DNA from: Bacilli bacterium
GTDB taxonomy: Bacteria; Bacillota_I; Bacilli_A; RF39; UBA660
Assembly (NCBI GenBank): GCA_017416535.1
Contig: JAFQCG010000005.1
Span: forward strand, 141,708-205,707
Direction of reading: 5' to 3'
Length of the DNA: 64,000 bases
The notes below the pieces were generated by a model. It saw only the letters and a program-made list of their open reading frames with translations, was not told the origin of the DNA and searched no databases. Shown here in pieces: positions 1 through 9,620 of the stretch. Every line of letters begins with the position of its first letter. The first letter of the stretch is position 1. Position numbers and translations under genes: made by a program.

Positions 1-723
1 TATTCCTTTTTGTGTACCTACTCTTATAAATACAAATTCTACTCCGGCGTTTTTTACTTGTTCAAAATTAATATCTCCTTGCCACTTTGAAACATCCAAG
101 CCTATTTTTGTATTTTCTGTTTTATGTTTCTTTACTATATCAGAGAAGTTTTGATAAGTTGGTGGAGTTGGTGATCCTGAACCACTACCTTTGACAATTA
201 AATCGAATTCATTTTCTGATTTATTATTTGAGGAATCAGTACCTATAAATTTTAATTTATATGTTCCAGGTTTATTTCCATCATATGTACCTTCTATCTC
301 ACATTTTGGTTTGTCATCATAGTTATCTCCACAAAATAATTCTTTTGCAAGATTACTGTTGTATCCTTTTTGAACAGATAATGATTTTGATGAGAAGATT
401 ACCGGTGGAACTTGATCTACTATTTCTATTTCAAAGGAATAAGACACATCAATATTATCATCATTTGTATAGTTAAATGTAATTGGTTTTACTCCTACTT
501 TTGTTGTATTTATTTTGTAATCATCTTCTAATTTACCGTTAATTGATTTAATAAGATCTGATAGTTTTATTTCTGAAAAGACATCTATTTTTAAATTATC
601 TTGAAGTTCAACAATTATTTTAGCATTTGCAATTCTCCATTTATTATAAATAAATATTCCACCTGTTGTTAGGAGAATTACCGTAATTATAATTGTAATT
701 ATAATAATTATTTTCTTCTTCAT
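1..723 (-). CDS. GH25 family muramidase (lysozyme) with N-terminal TM anchor and DUF5011-like Ig domain; partial, C-terminus runs off the window start
   Basis: ATG at 721-723 on minus. Translation MKKKIIIIITIIIT...DQVPPVIFSSKS...GLDVSKWQGDINFEQVKNAGVEFVFIRVG matches the GH25 N-terminal signature (DVSxWQG.IDW..VK..G..F..I). Not in the ORF track because it has no stop within the window. Confidence 0.7.
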   Translation of the reverse strand, partial: MKKKIIIIITIIITVILLTTGGIFIYNKWRIANAKIIVELQDNLKIDVFSEIKLSDLIKSINGKLEDDYKINTTKVGVKPITFNYTNDDNIDVSYSFEIEIVDQVPPVIFSSKSLSVQKGYNSNLAKELFCGDNYDDKPKCEIEGTYDGNKPGTYKLKFIGTDSSNNKSENEFDLIVKGSGSGSPTPPTYQNFSDIVKKHKTENTKIGLDVSKWQGDINFEQVKNAGVEFVFIRVGTQKGI

Positions 724-764
724 AAGACACCAAAGAAGAATAAATAGTTATTCTTCCCTTTCTT

Positions 765-2591
765 TTATTTATCTAGTTTTTTCCATAGTATTGTTAGTAC
801 ATTTAAAATACATAAGAATGTAACTCCAACGTCTGCGAATACTGCCATCCAAATTGTACTTAATCCTAATGCTCCTAGTATTAGTACAACTAATTTTACT
901 AGTAATGCAAATACTATTGTTTGAATTACTTTTTTCTTTGTTATGTTAGAAATTATTATTGCTGTTTTTATTTTTGATAAGTCATCTTTCATGATAACTA
1001 CATCACTTGCTTCTATTGCAGCATCTGAACCTACTTGTCCCATTGAAACTCCAATATCAGATATCTTTAGAACTGGTGCATCATTTACTCCATCACCTGC
1101 AAATAATACTTTTCCATTTTTCTTATATTCTTTTACTTTATCTACTTTATCTTCTGGCAACATTTCTGCATAATAAGTATTTATTCCTACTTTTTTAGCA
1201 ACTTTTTGAACTACTGATTCAATATCACCAGATATAATTATTAATTCTTTTTTAATGTATTTTAGAAGTTCTGTAATACGTAGACTACTCTTTTTAATCT
1301 TATCAGATATAACTAAGTATCCAGCATATTCTTTATCAATTGCGACATGAATAACTGTTCCTGTTTCAGAAATAGGTAGTGTCATTACTTTGTTTTCTTT
1401 CATTAACATTTCATTTCCTACTAATATTTTTTTACCTTTTACTTCACAAGAAATTCCTTTACCACTCATATCTTTATATTTTTCTGCTTCTAATAATTTT
1501 TCTTCATTTTTTTCTTTAATAGCAAGTGCTATTGGATGAAGTGAATATTGTTCAGCAGATGCTGCTAGTTGTAAGAACTTATTTTCTTTCATTGCAACTG
1601 GGAACACTTTTGTTACTTCAAATACTCCTTCTGTGATTGTTCCAGTTTTATCTAATACTACATAATCTAGGCTTTGTAGATTTTCTAATTCTTTACTACC
1701 TTTAATTAGTATACCTTCTTTACTAGCACGTCCAATTCCACAGAAATATGCAAGTGGAATTGATATTACTAATGCACAAGGACATGATGTTACTAAAAAT
1801 ACTAATGCTCTATAGAACCATACTTTAAATTTTTGTCCAAATAGTACAGGTATTACTGTTAATAGAATCGCAGATATTATAACTATTGGTGTATATACTT
1901 TAGAAAACTTTGTAATAAATTTTTCTGTGTCTGCTTTTTTTGATGGAGATTTTTCTATTATTTCTAGAATTCTTGCTGCTGTTGATGTTTTATATGTAGA
2001 AGTTGCTTTTATTGTTAGTACTCCTTCTTTATTAATACATCCACTTAATACTTTATCATCTTTATTTACACTTCTTGGTTTTGACTCTCCAGTTAATGAT
2101 GATGTATCTAAATGAGATTCTCCTTCAATTACTACTCCATCTAATGGAATCTTTTCTCCTGGTTTTACAAGTAATATGTCATTTTCCTCTACATCTTTTA
2201 CTTTTACTTCTACAATCTCATTATCTACTAAAAGATTTGCTGTATCTACTCTTAAATCCATTAATTTTGTAATTGATTTTTTACTATTATGTACAGCTAA
2301 ATGTGAGAAATATTCTCCTACTTGGAATAATAACATTACCATTACAGCTTCTTCATTATTAGCAATTGCGAAAGCACATAATGTTGCGATAATCATTAGA
2401 AGATTCTCATTAAAGAAAATTTTCTTTTTAATATGATTATAAGCATTAATATAAATTCCTGTACTTATAATTGCATATGAGGTTGCAAGAAAAGCTAATT
2501 TAATTTCATTTTCTTCTATAAATAATGAAGATATAAATAGTACAATACTGATTAATATTTTTATTAAATCTTCATTAAAAAACTTTTTCAT
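765..2591 (-). CDS. heavy-metal translocating P1B-type ATPase (Cd/Zn/Co type), no N-terminal HMA domain
   Basis: SCPCAL (CPC transmembrane metal site), DKTGTIT phosphorylation motif and GDGVNDAP hinge; 608 aa. Confidence 0.85.
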   Translation of the reverse strand: MKKFFNEDLIKILISIVLFISSLFIEENEIKLAFLATSYAIISTGIYINAYNHIKKKIFFNENLLMIIATLCAFAIANNEEAVMVMLLFQVGEYFSHLAVHNSKKSITKLMDLRVDTANLLVDNEIVEVKVKDVEENDILLVKPGEKIPLDGVVIEGESHLDTSSLTGESKPRSVNKDDKVLSGCINKEGVLTIKATSTYKTSTAARILEIIEKSPSKKADTEKFITKFSKVYTPIVIISAILLTVIPVLFGQKFKVWFYRALVFLVTSCPCALVISIPLAYFCGIGRASKEGILIKGSKELENLQSLDYVVLDKTGTITEGVFEVTKVFPVAMKENKFLQLAASAEQYSLHPIALAIKEKNEEKLLEAEKYKDMSGKGISCEVKGKKILVGNEMLMKENKVMTLPISETGTVIHVAIDKEYAGYLVISDKIKKSSLRITELLKYIKKELIIISGDIESVVQKVAKKVGINTYYAEMLPEDKVDKVKEYKKNGKVLFAGDGVNDAPVLKISDIGVSMGQVGSDAAIEASDVVIMKDDLSKIKTAIIISNITKKKVIQTIVFALLVKLVVLILGALGLSTIWMAVFADVGVTFLCILNVLTILWKKLDK

Positions 2592-2605
2592 ATACTACCT
2601 CCATT

Positions 2606-4270
2606 TTATTCATCTTTAATAAATTTTTCTATATCTTCAGTGTTTGAATATACTGTTAATCCTGAAATTGAATATGAGTTTATTCCAGCTTCTTGTGTCA
2701 TAAATACTCCTGGAATTATATCCCATGGTTTTGTTGTTGATAACACAAGAGTATTTGTTCTTCCTGTTAAAAGATTTGAGAAAGCAAAGCAACATGCATT
2801 AATATGCATAAAGTTTGCTGGACGAACTGGATTGTTTAGTAATTTTTCAAATATAGTTTTCTTTTCTTCAAATTTCTTATGACATGAACCACAGAATTCA
2901 ATTGTACTTTGATTTAGTGGAACTTTGTTTCCTAAATCAATTCTTTTATGATTTAAGTATGCACCCTTACCTTTTATGGCATAGAACATTTCATCTAATT
3001 TTGGTAAGTACATTATTGAGAATTGAATTTCTCCATTATCTACAAATGCAAGTTGTATTCCCCAGAAAATTGATTTTTTCATATAATGAGCTGTTCCATC
3101 AATTGGGTCAATTATCCAAGTTCTATTTTGAATTGTATTTTCATTATTAAATTCTTCTGTTACAAAGTTATCATCTGGAAAACTATCTCTAATATGATCA
3201 ATTAGTAATTTTTCAACAATTAAGTCTGATTCTGTTACAAATGTTGAATCTTCTTTTTCTCTAAAAGTGATTTTTACTAAATTCTTTTTATTAATTGTTG
3301 ATGTTGCATCTTCAATTGCATTGTAAGCTAAATCAAATTCTCTTGAATAGTCATGATTATCAAGATAGTAATTCATCATATATTTTTCTAGTTCTTCTTC
3401 ATATGGCATTCCATCTTGAGCACCTTTTATTCTGATTTTCATACTAGACGCATATTGAGCTTTTACTACTGACTCATATAATGTAAATCCTTTGATTAAA
3501 GCAGCTGCAAAGTTACCATTAAATGTATCTCCTGCTCCTGTTGTGTCTTCTACCTTATCAACTTCTATTGCTGGTATTTTTACAATTTTTTCTCCATCAT
3601 GATAAGCTACTCCATCTGGTCCTAATGTAACGATTAATTTATTAGGATATTTTTCTAGACATGATTCAATATCTGTTGTTTCAAATATTATTTCACATTC
3701 TTTTTTATTTGCAGTTATATATGTAATTTTATCAATTAATTCTTTGTTTCCTGGTTCTGATATTGCTAACCTTTGTGGTCTACATGGAGTAAGTACTAGT
3801 GGAATGTTATTGTCATAACAGAAGTTAATTAATTCTACACTTACTTCTTTTGGTACTTTTAATTGAGCTATTACCATTTTTGATTGTAAGAAGACTTTTT
3901 TATATCTTTCAATCATTTCTGGTGTAAAACTATCTATTGCTCCAGCAAATCTTTCAATATCATTATCTTTTGTCTTTTCATCAATTACAATTTTTGCATA
4001 GTCATTACTTAGTCCATCAATTACTTCAATATTATTTGTTGTAATGTTATTGTATACTAGGTTTTCTAAAATTCTTTGTCCTATTGAGTCTTTTCCTAAT
4101 CTACTTACCATTGTTACTTTTGCTCCAGCACGTGCTGCAGCAACTGCTTGGTTTGATCCTTTTCCTCCTGGTAAAACTAGTGATGGACATTCTGGTATTT
4201 CACCTTTTTCGTTTTTATAATAGAATTGGTCTAAAGCACATCCTCCAAAGACACAAATGTCATACTTCAT
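2606..4270 (-). CDS. bifunctional fusion: PfkB/ribokinase-family sugar kinase (N-terminus) plus inositol-monophosphatase-family phosphatase (C-terminus)
   Basis: N-terminal GGKGSNQAVAAARAG and DTTGAGDTFNG (PfkB signatures 1 and 2). C-terminal FVTEE...WIIDPIDGT...KPWDIIPG (IMPase metal-binding motifs). Single 554-aa ORF. Confidence 0.75.
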   Translation of the reverse strand: MKYDICVFGGCALDQFYYKNEKGEIPECPSLVLPGGKGSNQAVAAARAGAKVTMVSRLGKDSIGQRILENLVYNNITTNNIEVIDGLSNDYAKIVIDEKTKDNDIERFAGAIDSFTPEMIERYKKVFLQSKMVIAQLKVPKEVSVELINFCYDNNIPLVLTPCRPQRLAISEPGNKELIDKITYITANKKECEIIFETTDIESCLEKYPNKLIVTLGPDGVAYHDGEKIVKIPAIEVDKVEDTTGAGDTFNGNFAAALIKGFTLYESVVKAQYASSMKIRIKGAQDGMPYEEELEKYMMNYYLDNHDYSREFDLAYNAIEDATSTINKKNLVKITFREKEDSTFVTESDLIVEKLLIDHIRDSFPDDNFVTEEFNNENTIQNRTWIIDPIDGTAHYMKKSIFWGIQLAFVDNGEIQFSIMYLPKLDEMFYAIKGKGAYLNHKRIDLGNKVPLNQSTIEFCGSCHKKFEEKKTIFEKLLNNPVRPANFMHINACCFAFSNLLTGRTNTLVLSTTKPWDIIPGVFMTQEAGINSYSISGLTVYSNTEDIEKFIKDE

Positions 4271-4341
4271 TATGTTCGCCTACCTTCTTACATTTTTCAT
4301 AATAATTATAACAGAAAAATTTATAAAACAGAATATACTTT

Positions 4342-5298
4342 TTAATTTAATAAAAAGTTCATTATTAAGTCGATAATAATTTTCTTTTCTTTAGGATTAC
4401 TTTCTGCAATTAGTAGAGTTAATGCTACTAAGGTGTTATTATCTATAACCTGTTTATTATCTATATATAATATATTATAAAATTGTAGAAAATATATAAA
4501 TAGTGTTGCAGCTATTCGTTTATTTCCATCTATAAAAACATGATTTTTTACTATCATATATAGAAAGTTTGCTGCTTTTTCTTCTGTTGAATTATATACT
4601 TCTTTATTATCATAAGTTTGATATATATTATTTATTATTGATTCTAGTCCATTATTTCTTTCCAATGCAAATAATTTGCTTTCTTCATTAAATCGAAGCT
4701 TTTTAATTATATCCATACAATTTCTATATGTTATTTTTTTAGTACTTGATTTTCCTTTTACTTTTGTTAATGTATGATGGTCATAATCGTCTAAAATATC
4801 TAATGCTTTTGAATAGTTACCTATTACTTTTAAAATTTCTTTAGCATCATTATTTTCTAGTCTTTCATCCATTCTATTAGCAATATCAATTAGTTTTACT
4901 GTTTTTTCTAAGTAATCTAATCTTTGCTTATTTACTGCATATCCTTTTAACATATAGTCTTTTAATACTTTTGTTGCCCATTTTCTAAATGCTACTCCTT
5001 GTGTTGAATTTACTCTATATCCAACACTTATAATCATATCTAAGTTATAATATTCAACCATATGCATCTGAGTTTTTCCTTTAATTGCACCGTGGTCAGT
5101 GGTGTTCGCAAATTTTGCGACAACCACTTCATTACTTAATTCCTCTTTAAGTGCATTATTTATATGCTTTCTTATTGTTTTAAAATCTCTATTAAATAAT
5201 TGAGACATTTGTTGTGTATTAAGCCACACAGTTTCATCTTGCATATTTACTTCTAGTTTTACATTTTGATCTTCAAATAATATTATTTCATTTTTCAT
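4342..5298 (-). CDS. RhuM-family protein with C-terminal Fic/Doc domain
   Basis: N-terminal region is RhuM-like (VWLNTQQMSQLF...TIRKHI). C-terminal HVFIDGNKRIAATL fits the Doc/Fic core HxFx(D/E)GNKR. RBS GAAGGAGAT upstream. Confidence 0.7.
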   Translation of the reverse strand: MKNEIILFEDQNVKLEVNMQDETVWLNTQQMSQLFNRDFKTIRKHINNALKEELSNEVVVAKFANTTDHGAIKGKTQMHMVEYYNLDMIISVGYRVNSTQGVAFRKWATKVLKDYMLKGYAVNKQRLDYLEKTVKLIDIANRMDERLENNDAKEILKVIGNYSKALDILDDYDHHTLTKVKGKSSTKKITYRNCMDIIKKLRFNEESKLFALERNNGLESIINNIYQTYDNKEVYNSTEEKAANFLYMIVKNHVFIDGNKRIAATLFIYFLQFYNILYIDNKQVIDNNTLVALTLLIAESNPKEKKIIIDLIMNFLLN

Positions 5299-5372
5299 TT
5301 TATTATCTCCTTCTTTCTTTTGTTTTTTTTAGTTAATAACTTTATTATTTTTTAATCACCTCCTTTCAAAGC

Positions 5373-5411
5373 AAAAAAAAGGGAATACCTTGCCTTTTGC
5401 AAAGTATTCCC
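5373..5411 (-). terminator. rho-independent terminator (GGGAATAC..GTATTCCC stem plus U8) downstream of the TSCPD/femAB genes
   Basis: Perfect 8-bp stem with an A8 run on plus, which is U8 on minus. Confidence 0.6.
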
Positions 5412-5528
5412 GAATAGATATATTTTTCTTACCTAAAAATATAAATTATCGTCCTAATTGTATATTTATCAACTTATGGTAAGTCGTTGATAATTTCATT
5501 ATAACATAGTTTTATTTGTTGTAAAGTG

Positions 5529-5777
5529 CTATTTTACTTTCACTTCTTCTAATGCTTTTGCTAGTTGATCTCCACATGAGGTTTTTTTAAATCCACATGT
5601 AATTCCATTTAATCTTTCAATTACTTTATCCACTTCTTGTCCTTCTACTAGTGATGAAATTGCTTTTAAATTACCATTACATCCACCTGTATATTTAACA
5701 TTATGTACTTTATCATTTTCAATATCAAATTCTATTTGAGTTGAACAAGTTCCTTTTGTTTTATAAGTGTAATGCAT
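5529..5777 (-). CDS. TSCPD-domain protein (TIGR03905-like small Cys-rich protein)
   Basis: 82 aa with GGCNGN and KKTSCGDQLAKAL motifs typical of the TSCPD domain. Overlaps the femAB-like gene by 17 nt, suggesting coupling. Confidence 0.55.
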   Translation of the reverse strand: MHYTYKTKGTCSTQIEFDIENDKVHNVKYTGGCNGNLKAISSLVEGQEVDKVIERLNGITCGFKKTSCGDQLAKALEEVKVK

Positions 5778-6999
5778 ACTTTACCTCCTTTAGTTTATGT
5801 AGAAGTTTAAATATATAATAGTTTATATTTACTGGTAGTTCATGTTCTCCAATTAGTTCTTCCACATAACCATTAAATCCTTTTTTAAATTCATATATTC
5901 CATAATTATCTGGATGTTCATTTATGTTTTCCGGTATTCCATAAAAATTATGTTTTTTAAAACCATTTTTTATTCCATATTTTATTAATTCCCATTGAAT
6001 TAAGTATTGTGAATTAAATTTCATATATTCCTCATAGTTTCCACTTGATAAATATATTACTTCTGGTTTAATTAACATAAACATTGATCCTGATAAGGTT
6101 ATTATATCATTATTTGTTTTATTTCTAATACTATTTGCTTCACTTATTTTATTTTCTAAGGATTTTATTTCTTTTAATAGTTCTTCTTTTCTAGTTATCT
6201 TTATATTTTTATTTTGTAATTTCTGTTCTTTTTCTTTCTTTTCAGTATATAATTTTTCGACATATTCTTTTAAATTAAGTTCTGTAATAAAGTATTTAAC
6301 TTCATTTTTATCATGAAATATATTATACATATCTTCATAATATTCTTTTTCTCTTGTTGTGAAGTTTCTTCTTATACCTGTTTCTTTTAATATATTATTA
6401 AATATAGGTAATTCCTCATATGATAATTCTTTTACTTTAATACCTATTTTCTCTGCTTTTTTTATAATGTTTCTTGTATTTTGTTTCATTTCTTTTAAAA
6501 TATCTTCTTCTGTTTTTCCTTCTAAATTTAGTGAAAACATCCAAGTTACTTGTTCATTTTCTTTTATTGATTTCTTTTTAAATCCTTGGTCTTTTAAAAA
6601 GTCTAATACATCTTTATTATCAATTCCATCTTTTACAACATCTCCATTTATATCTCTTTCCTTATTAATAACATAAGGATCTATTCTTAATACATAACCA
6701 TTTTTCTTTTTTATATATTCTATAGTATTTGTGATAAAAAAAGACAATAATTCCTTATTGTTGTAGTCGATTAGAAATCCTCGAGGACTATAAAATTCAT
6801 AATTATTTAAGAATCTTTTTTTACTTAATAACATTGCCGATGCGATTATTTCTTCATTATTTTTTACGCCTATATAATTTACTTTCCAACCTTTTTTACT
6901 TCTTAATTTTGCTATTTCTGGTGATGATAAAAATGTTTTTAAAGGATGATTATTCCAATGACTTTTATATTCTTCTTCTGTTAGATCAAAAAATTCCAT
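5761..6999 (-). CDS. FemAB-family peptidoglycan interpeptide-bridge aminoacyltransferase (FemA/FemB/MurM-like)
   Basis: NYIGVKNNEEIIASAMLL, RIDPYV, EELPIF, coiled-coil insert and YNFYG align closely with S. aureus FemA. Confidence 0.85.
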   Translation of the reverse strand: MEFFDLTEEEYKSHWNNHPLKTFLSSPEIAKLRSKKGWKVNYIGVKNNEEIIASAMLLSKKRFLNNYEFYSPRGFLIDYNNKELLSFFITNTIEYIKKKNGYVLRIDPYVINKERDINGDVVKDGIDNKDVLDFLKDQGFKKKSIKENEQVTWMFSLNLEGKTEEDILKEMKQNTRNIIKKAEKIGIKVKELSYEELPIFNNILKETGIRRNFTTREKEYYEDMYNIFHDKNEVKYFITELNLKEYVEKLYTEKKEKEQKLQNKNIKITRKEELLKEIKSLENKISEANSIRNKTNNDIITLSGSMFMLIKPEVIYLSSGNYEEYMKFNSQYLIQWELIKYGIKNGFKKHNFYGIPENINEHPDNYGIYEFKKGFNGYVEELIGEHELPVNINYYIFKLLHKLKEVKYALHL

Positions 7000-7041
7000 A
7001 TATTCCTCCTTTTAGTAGTATATGAGGATATATGGAATTTA

Positions 7042-7719
7042 TTATTCTTTATTTTTCTTTTTCATTTTATCTAATTTTTTTTGTATTTTTGTGACAAATT
7101 TATCTTTATCAAAGATTGTAAATATAAATAAGGCAATTACTACAAATAATAAGATTAATGTAATAAATAATATTATACTAAAGTAATCTTGTTTTTCTTT
7201 TGTTGTGTCTAAATAACTATTTGTAAGGTATGTCTCGAAATTATCTTCTGTAATAGCTATTTCATTTTCAGTTGGGACAAAATCATTTATTTTCTTTATT
7301 GCTATATTTTTTAAATCAGCTTTTATTATTTCTGGATAACCATATACTTTTTTTGCTTTTGGTTCTTCTTTTGTTCTTTCATAAGTATAGTCTATTATAT
7401 CTTTATACTTATCATAATCATCTTCATTTATAGCAATTAAATATGTATGCCATACACCTGTCTCTTCTTTTTCAATAACAAAATGAATACCTATATTTTC
7501 TTCTTCGTAGTAAGCAAACATTTCTGACATTTTAGATACTTTTATGTATGAATATTCATCAACACTTTCTACTTCTCCCCATGGTTTAGCATCGTACTTT
7601 TCTATAAATAATTTATATGAACATACAAATAATATTGTAATTACTATAAAATAAACTATACATAATACTAATTTTATTGTAAGTTTTTTTTCTGTTTTTG
7701 TTTTATTTACCTTCTTCAT
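7042..7719 (-). CDS. hypothetical membrane protein with N- and C-terminal TM segments
   Basis: ORF with TM helices at both ends; no recognisable motif. Confidence 0.4.
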   Translation of the reverse strand: MKKVNKTKTEKKLTIKLVLCIVYFIVITILFVCSYKLFIEKYDAKPWGEVESVDEYSYIKVSKMSEMFAYYEEENIGIHFVIEKEETGVWHTYLIAINEDDYDKYKDIIDYTYERTKEEPKAKKVYGYPEIIKADLKNIAIKKINDFVPTENEIAITEDNFETYLTNSYLDTTKEKQDYFSIILFITLILLFVVIALFIFTIFDKDKFVTKIQKKLDKMKKKNKE

Positions 7720-7781
7720 TTACAACTACCTCTTATTCTACTTAATATAATATCATATTTTGTAAAAAAAAAGAAATTTTG

Positions 7782-8609
7782 TTAATCTCTTTTTACTTTA
7801 GGTATCAATTTTTCTAATAATTTATATTTATCTCTATTTATTACATAGAGATATCCAAATATTGAGAAGACTATTGCACCAATGAAATTTACAAATAAAT
7901 CTTTCATCGTATCAATAACACCTAACTCTAGGTATCCATCTTCGATTACTATTTGTTCTTTATCTTTTGTATAAATAATTGTTTTTTCTATATCATCTAT
8001 TACTTTTACTTTATTTTCTTCTTTTTCATTTAATTCTACAGAAGATACAACGTCTACTACTCTATCTTTTTGCATATCAAATAGGAAATATCTATCTGCG
8101 GCAAATTCAAAGAATTCCCACATAACGCCTACAGTCATTGAGAAGCAGAATGCTACTAGAGATAAAAATAATGGAGATAATTTAATTTTAAATCTTTCCT
8201 CTCTATTAATAATATCAATTAATGAGAATCCTACTGCTGCGCATAGGAATCCATTTAAAGTATGTAGTAATGTATCCCATGTTTTAAATATTCCATAGAA
8301 ATTTTGAATTTCTCCTAATATTTCAGCTGCGAATATAAACAAATATACTATTATTTCTAATGTAGATGGAAAGTCTATTTTAAGTTTATTTTCTATTAAA
8401 GTCGGAACAGTAAACATTACTAAAGTAAGTATGCATAAAAATACATTTTCCCAGTTACCGTGCATTGCTTGCGCAACCATACATACGATTACTAATAAAC
8501 GTAATGTTAAATATACTGTAATAGTAGATTTTTCTTTTCCCTCTAATAACTTTTTAGTAAAACTTTTCTTTTTGTTTTTTTTCATATTACTCAAAATTTT
8601 CCTCTTCAA
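7782..8609 (-). CDS. polytopic membrane protein, possibly YjdF/DUF2238-like
   Basis: 5-6 predicted TM helices and a WEFFEFAADRYF motif; family assignment is tentative. Confidence 0.4.
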   Translation of the reverse strand: MKRKILSNMKKNKKKSFTKKLLEGKEKSTITVYLTLRLLVIVCMVAQAMHGNWENVFLCILTLVMFTVPTLIENKLKIDFPSTLEIIVYLFIFAAEILGEIQNFYGIFKTWDTLLHTLNGFLCAAVGFSLIDIINREERFKIKLSPLFLSLVAFCFSMTVGVMWEFFEFAADRYFLFDMQKDRVVDVVSSVELNEKEENKVKVIDDIEKTIIYTKDKEQIVIEDGYLELGVIDTMKDLFVNFIGAIVFSIFGYLYVINRDKYKLLEKLIPKVKRD

Positions 8610-9519
8610 ATAATTTTTTAATATTTTTCTTAGGCATTAACATTTTCATATCTTTTTCTACTCTGAACTTGTACTTATGGACTGGGCTAGTATATTCTTC
8701 TCCATCAATACACCATGATGTTTTTGGGGAATCTAAAAACTCAAGTTCTAAATCATTAGTTTTATAATAAGTTATTCCTGGAATATCTTTAATATCTACT
8801 GCATTCATTAAGATGAACATTCTTACAATATCTCGATAATTTTTTACATCCGCAAAGGCTACTTCAAATTTATTATCGTCTAATTTAACGTCGTAATAAA
8901 TATCTGATACACCTGCTACACGTGATGAATTTGTGATAAAGAAGAATGAATATTTCCCTTCATGTTCTTTACCATTTACTTTATATTTTATGTTATAAGA
9001 ATGAATTTTAGGTCTTAATTGTTTTAATCCATATAAAATATAAGCTAGTTTTCCATACTTTTTCTTTAATTCACGCGGTGTATTATATGCCATATCAATG
9101 TAGTCTCCTAAACAAGCTACATATACAAATGCTTTATCGTCAATATAACAAACATCTATTTTCTTTGGCTTTCCATTTAATAGAATTTCTAGATTTTGCT
9201 TAATATCTTTAGTATAACCATACATGTTTCCTACATCATTTGTTGTACCTAATGGTAGATTTGCAAGTAATAGTTTGTGTTTTCTTAACATATTACCAGT
9301 TACTACTTCATTTAGTGTTCCATCTCCACCTGCACTAATTACTAAGTCAATATTTCTATCTAGTTCTTGTACAATTTCAATAGCATGACCTTTTCTTTTC
9401 GTAAAGATTATTTCTGTTTCATAACCATATTTTCTTAGAGTGTCATAAAATATATTATAATTTTTTAATTTCTTCTTTTTTCCGCTTTCTGGATTCATGA
9501 TAATTACACATTTTCTCAT
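8587..9519 (-). CDS. diacylglycerol-kinase catalytic-domain family lipid kinase (YegS/DgkB-like)
   Basis: IIMNPESGKKK and ISAGGDGTLNEV (DAGK_cat motifs). Likely start is ATG 9519 (MRKCVII, RBS GAGGGGA); the ORF track extends to 9552. Confidence 0.8.
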   Translation of the reverse strand: MRKCVIIMNPESGKKKKLKNYNIFYDTLRKYGYETEIIFTKRKGHAIEIVQELDRNIDLVISAGGDGTLNEVVTGNMLRKHKLLLANLPLGTTNDVGNMYGYTKDIKQNLEILLNGKPKKIDVCYIDDKAFVYVACLGDYIDMAYNTPRELKKKYGKLAYILYGLKQLRPKIHSYNIKYKVNGKEHEGKYSFFFITNSSRVAGVSDIYYDVKLDDNKFEVAFADVKNYRDIVRMFILMNAVDIKDIPGITYYKTNDLELEFLDSPKTSWCIDGEEYTSPVHKYKFRVEKDMKMLMPKKNIKKLFEEENFE

Positions 9520-9620
9520 GATAACATCATCCCCTCGATATACGCTTATCATACCACAAAATAAGAAAAAATACTAGATACTATATTTTTATATAAAAAC
9601 AGAACACCAATACTGGAGTT

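Noticed and set aside
943-2436. Several 60-90-aa plus-strand ORFs inside the P-type ATPase gene
   Set aside because: These are antisense shadow ORFs within a gene with strong motif support; they have no RBS or independent signal.
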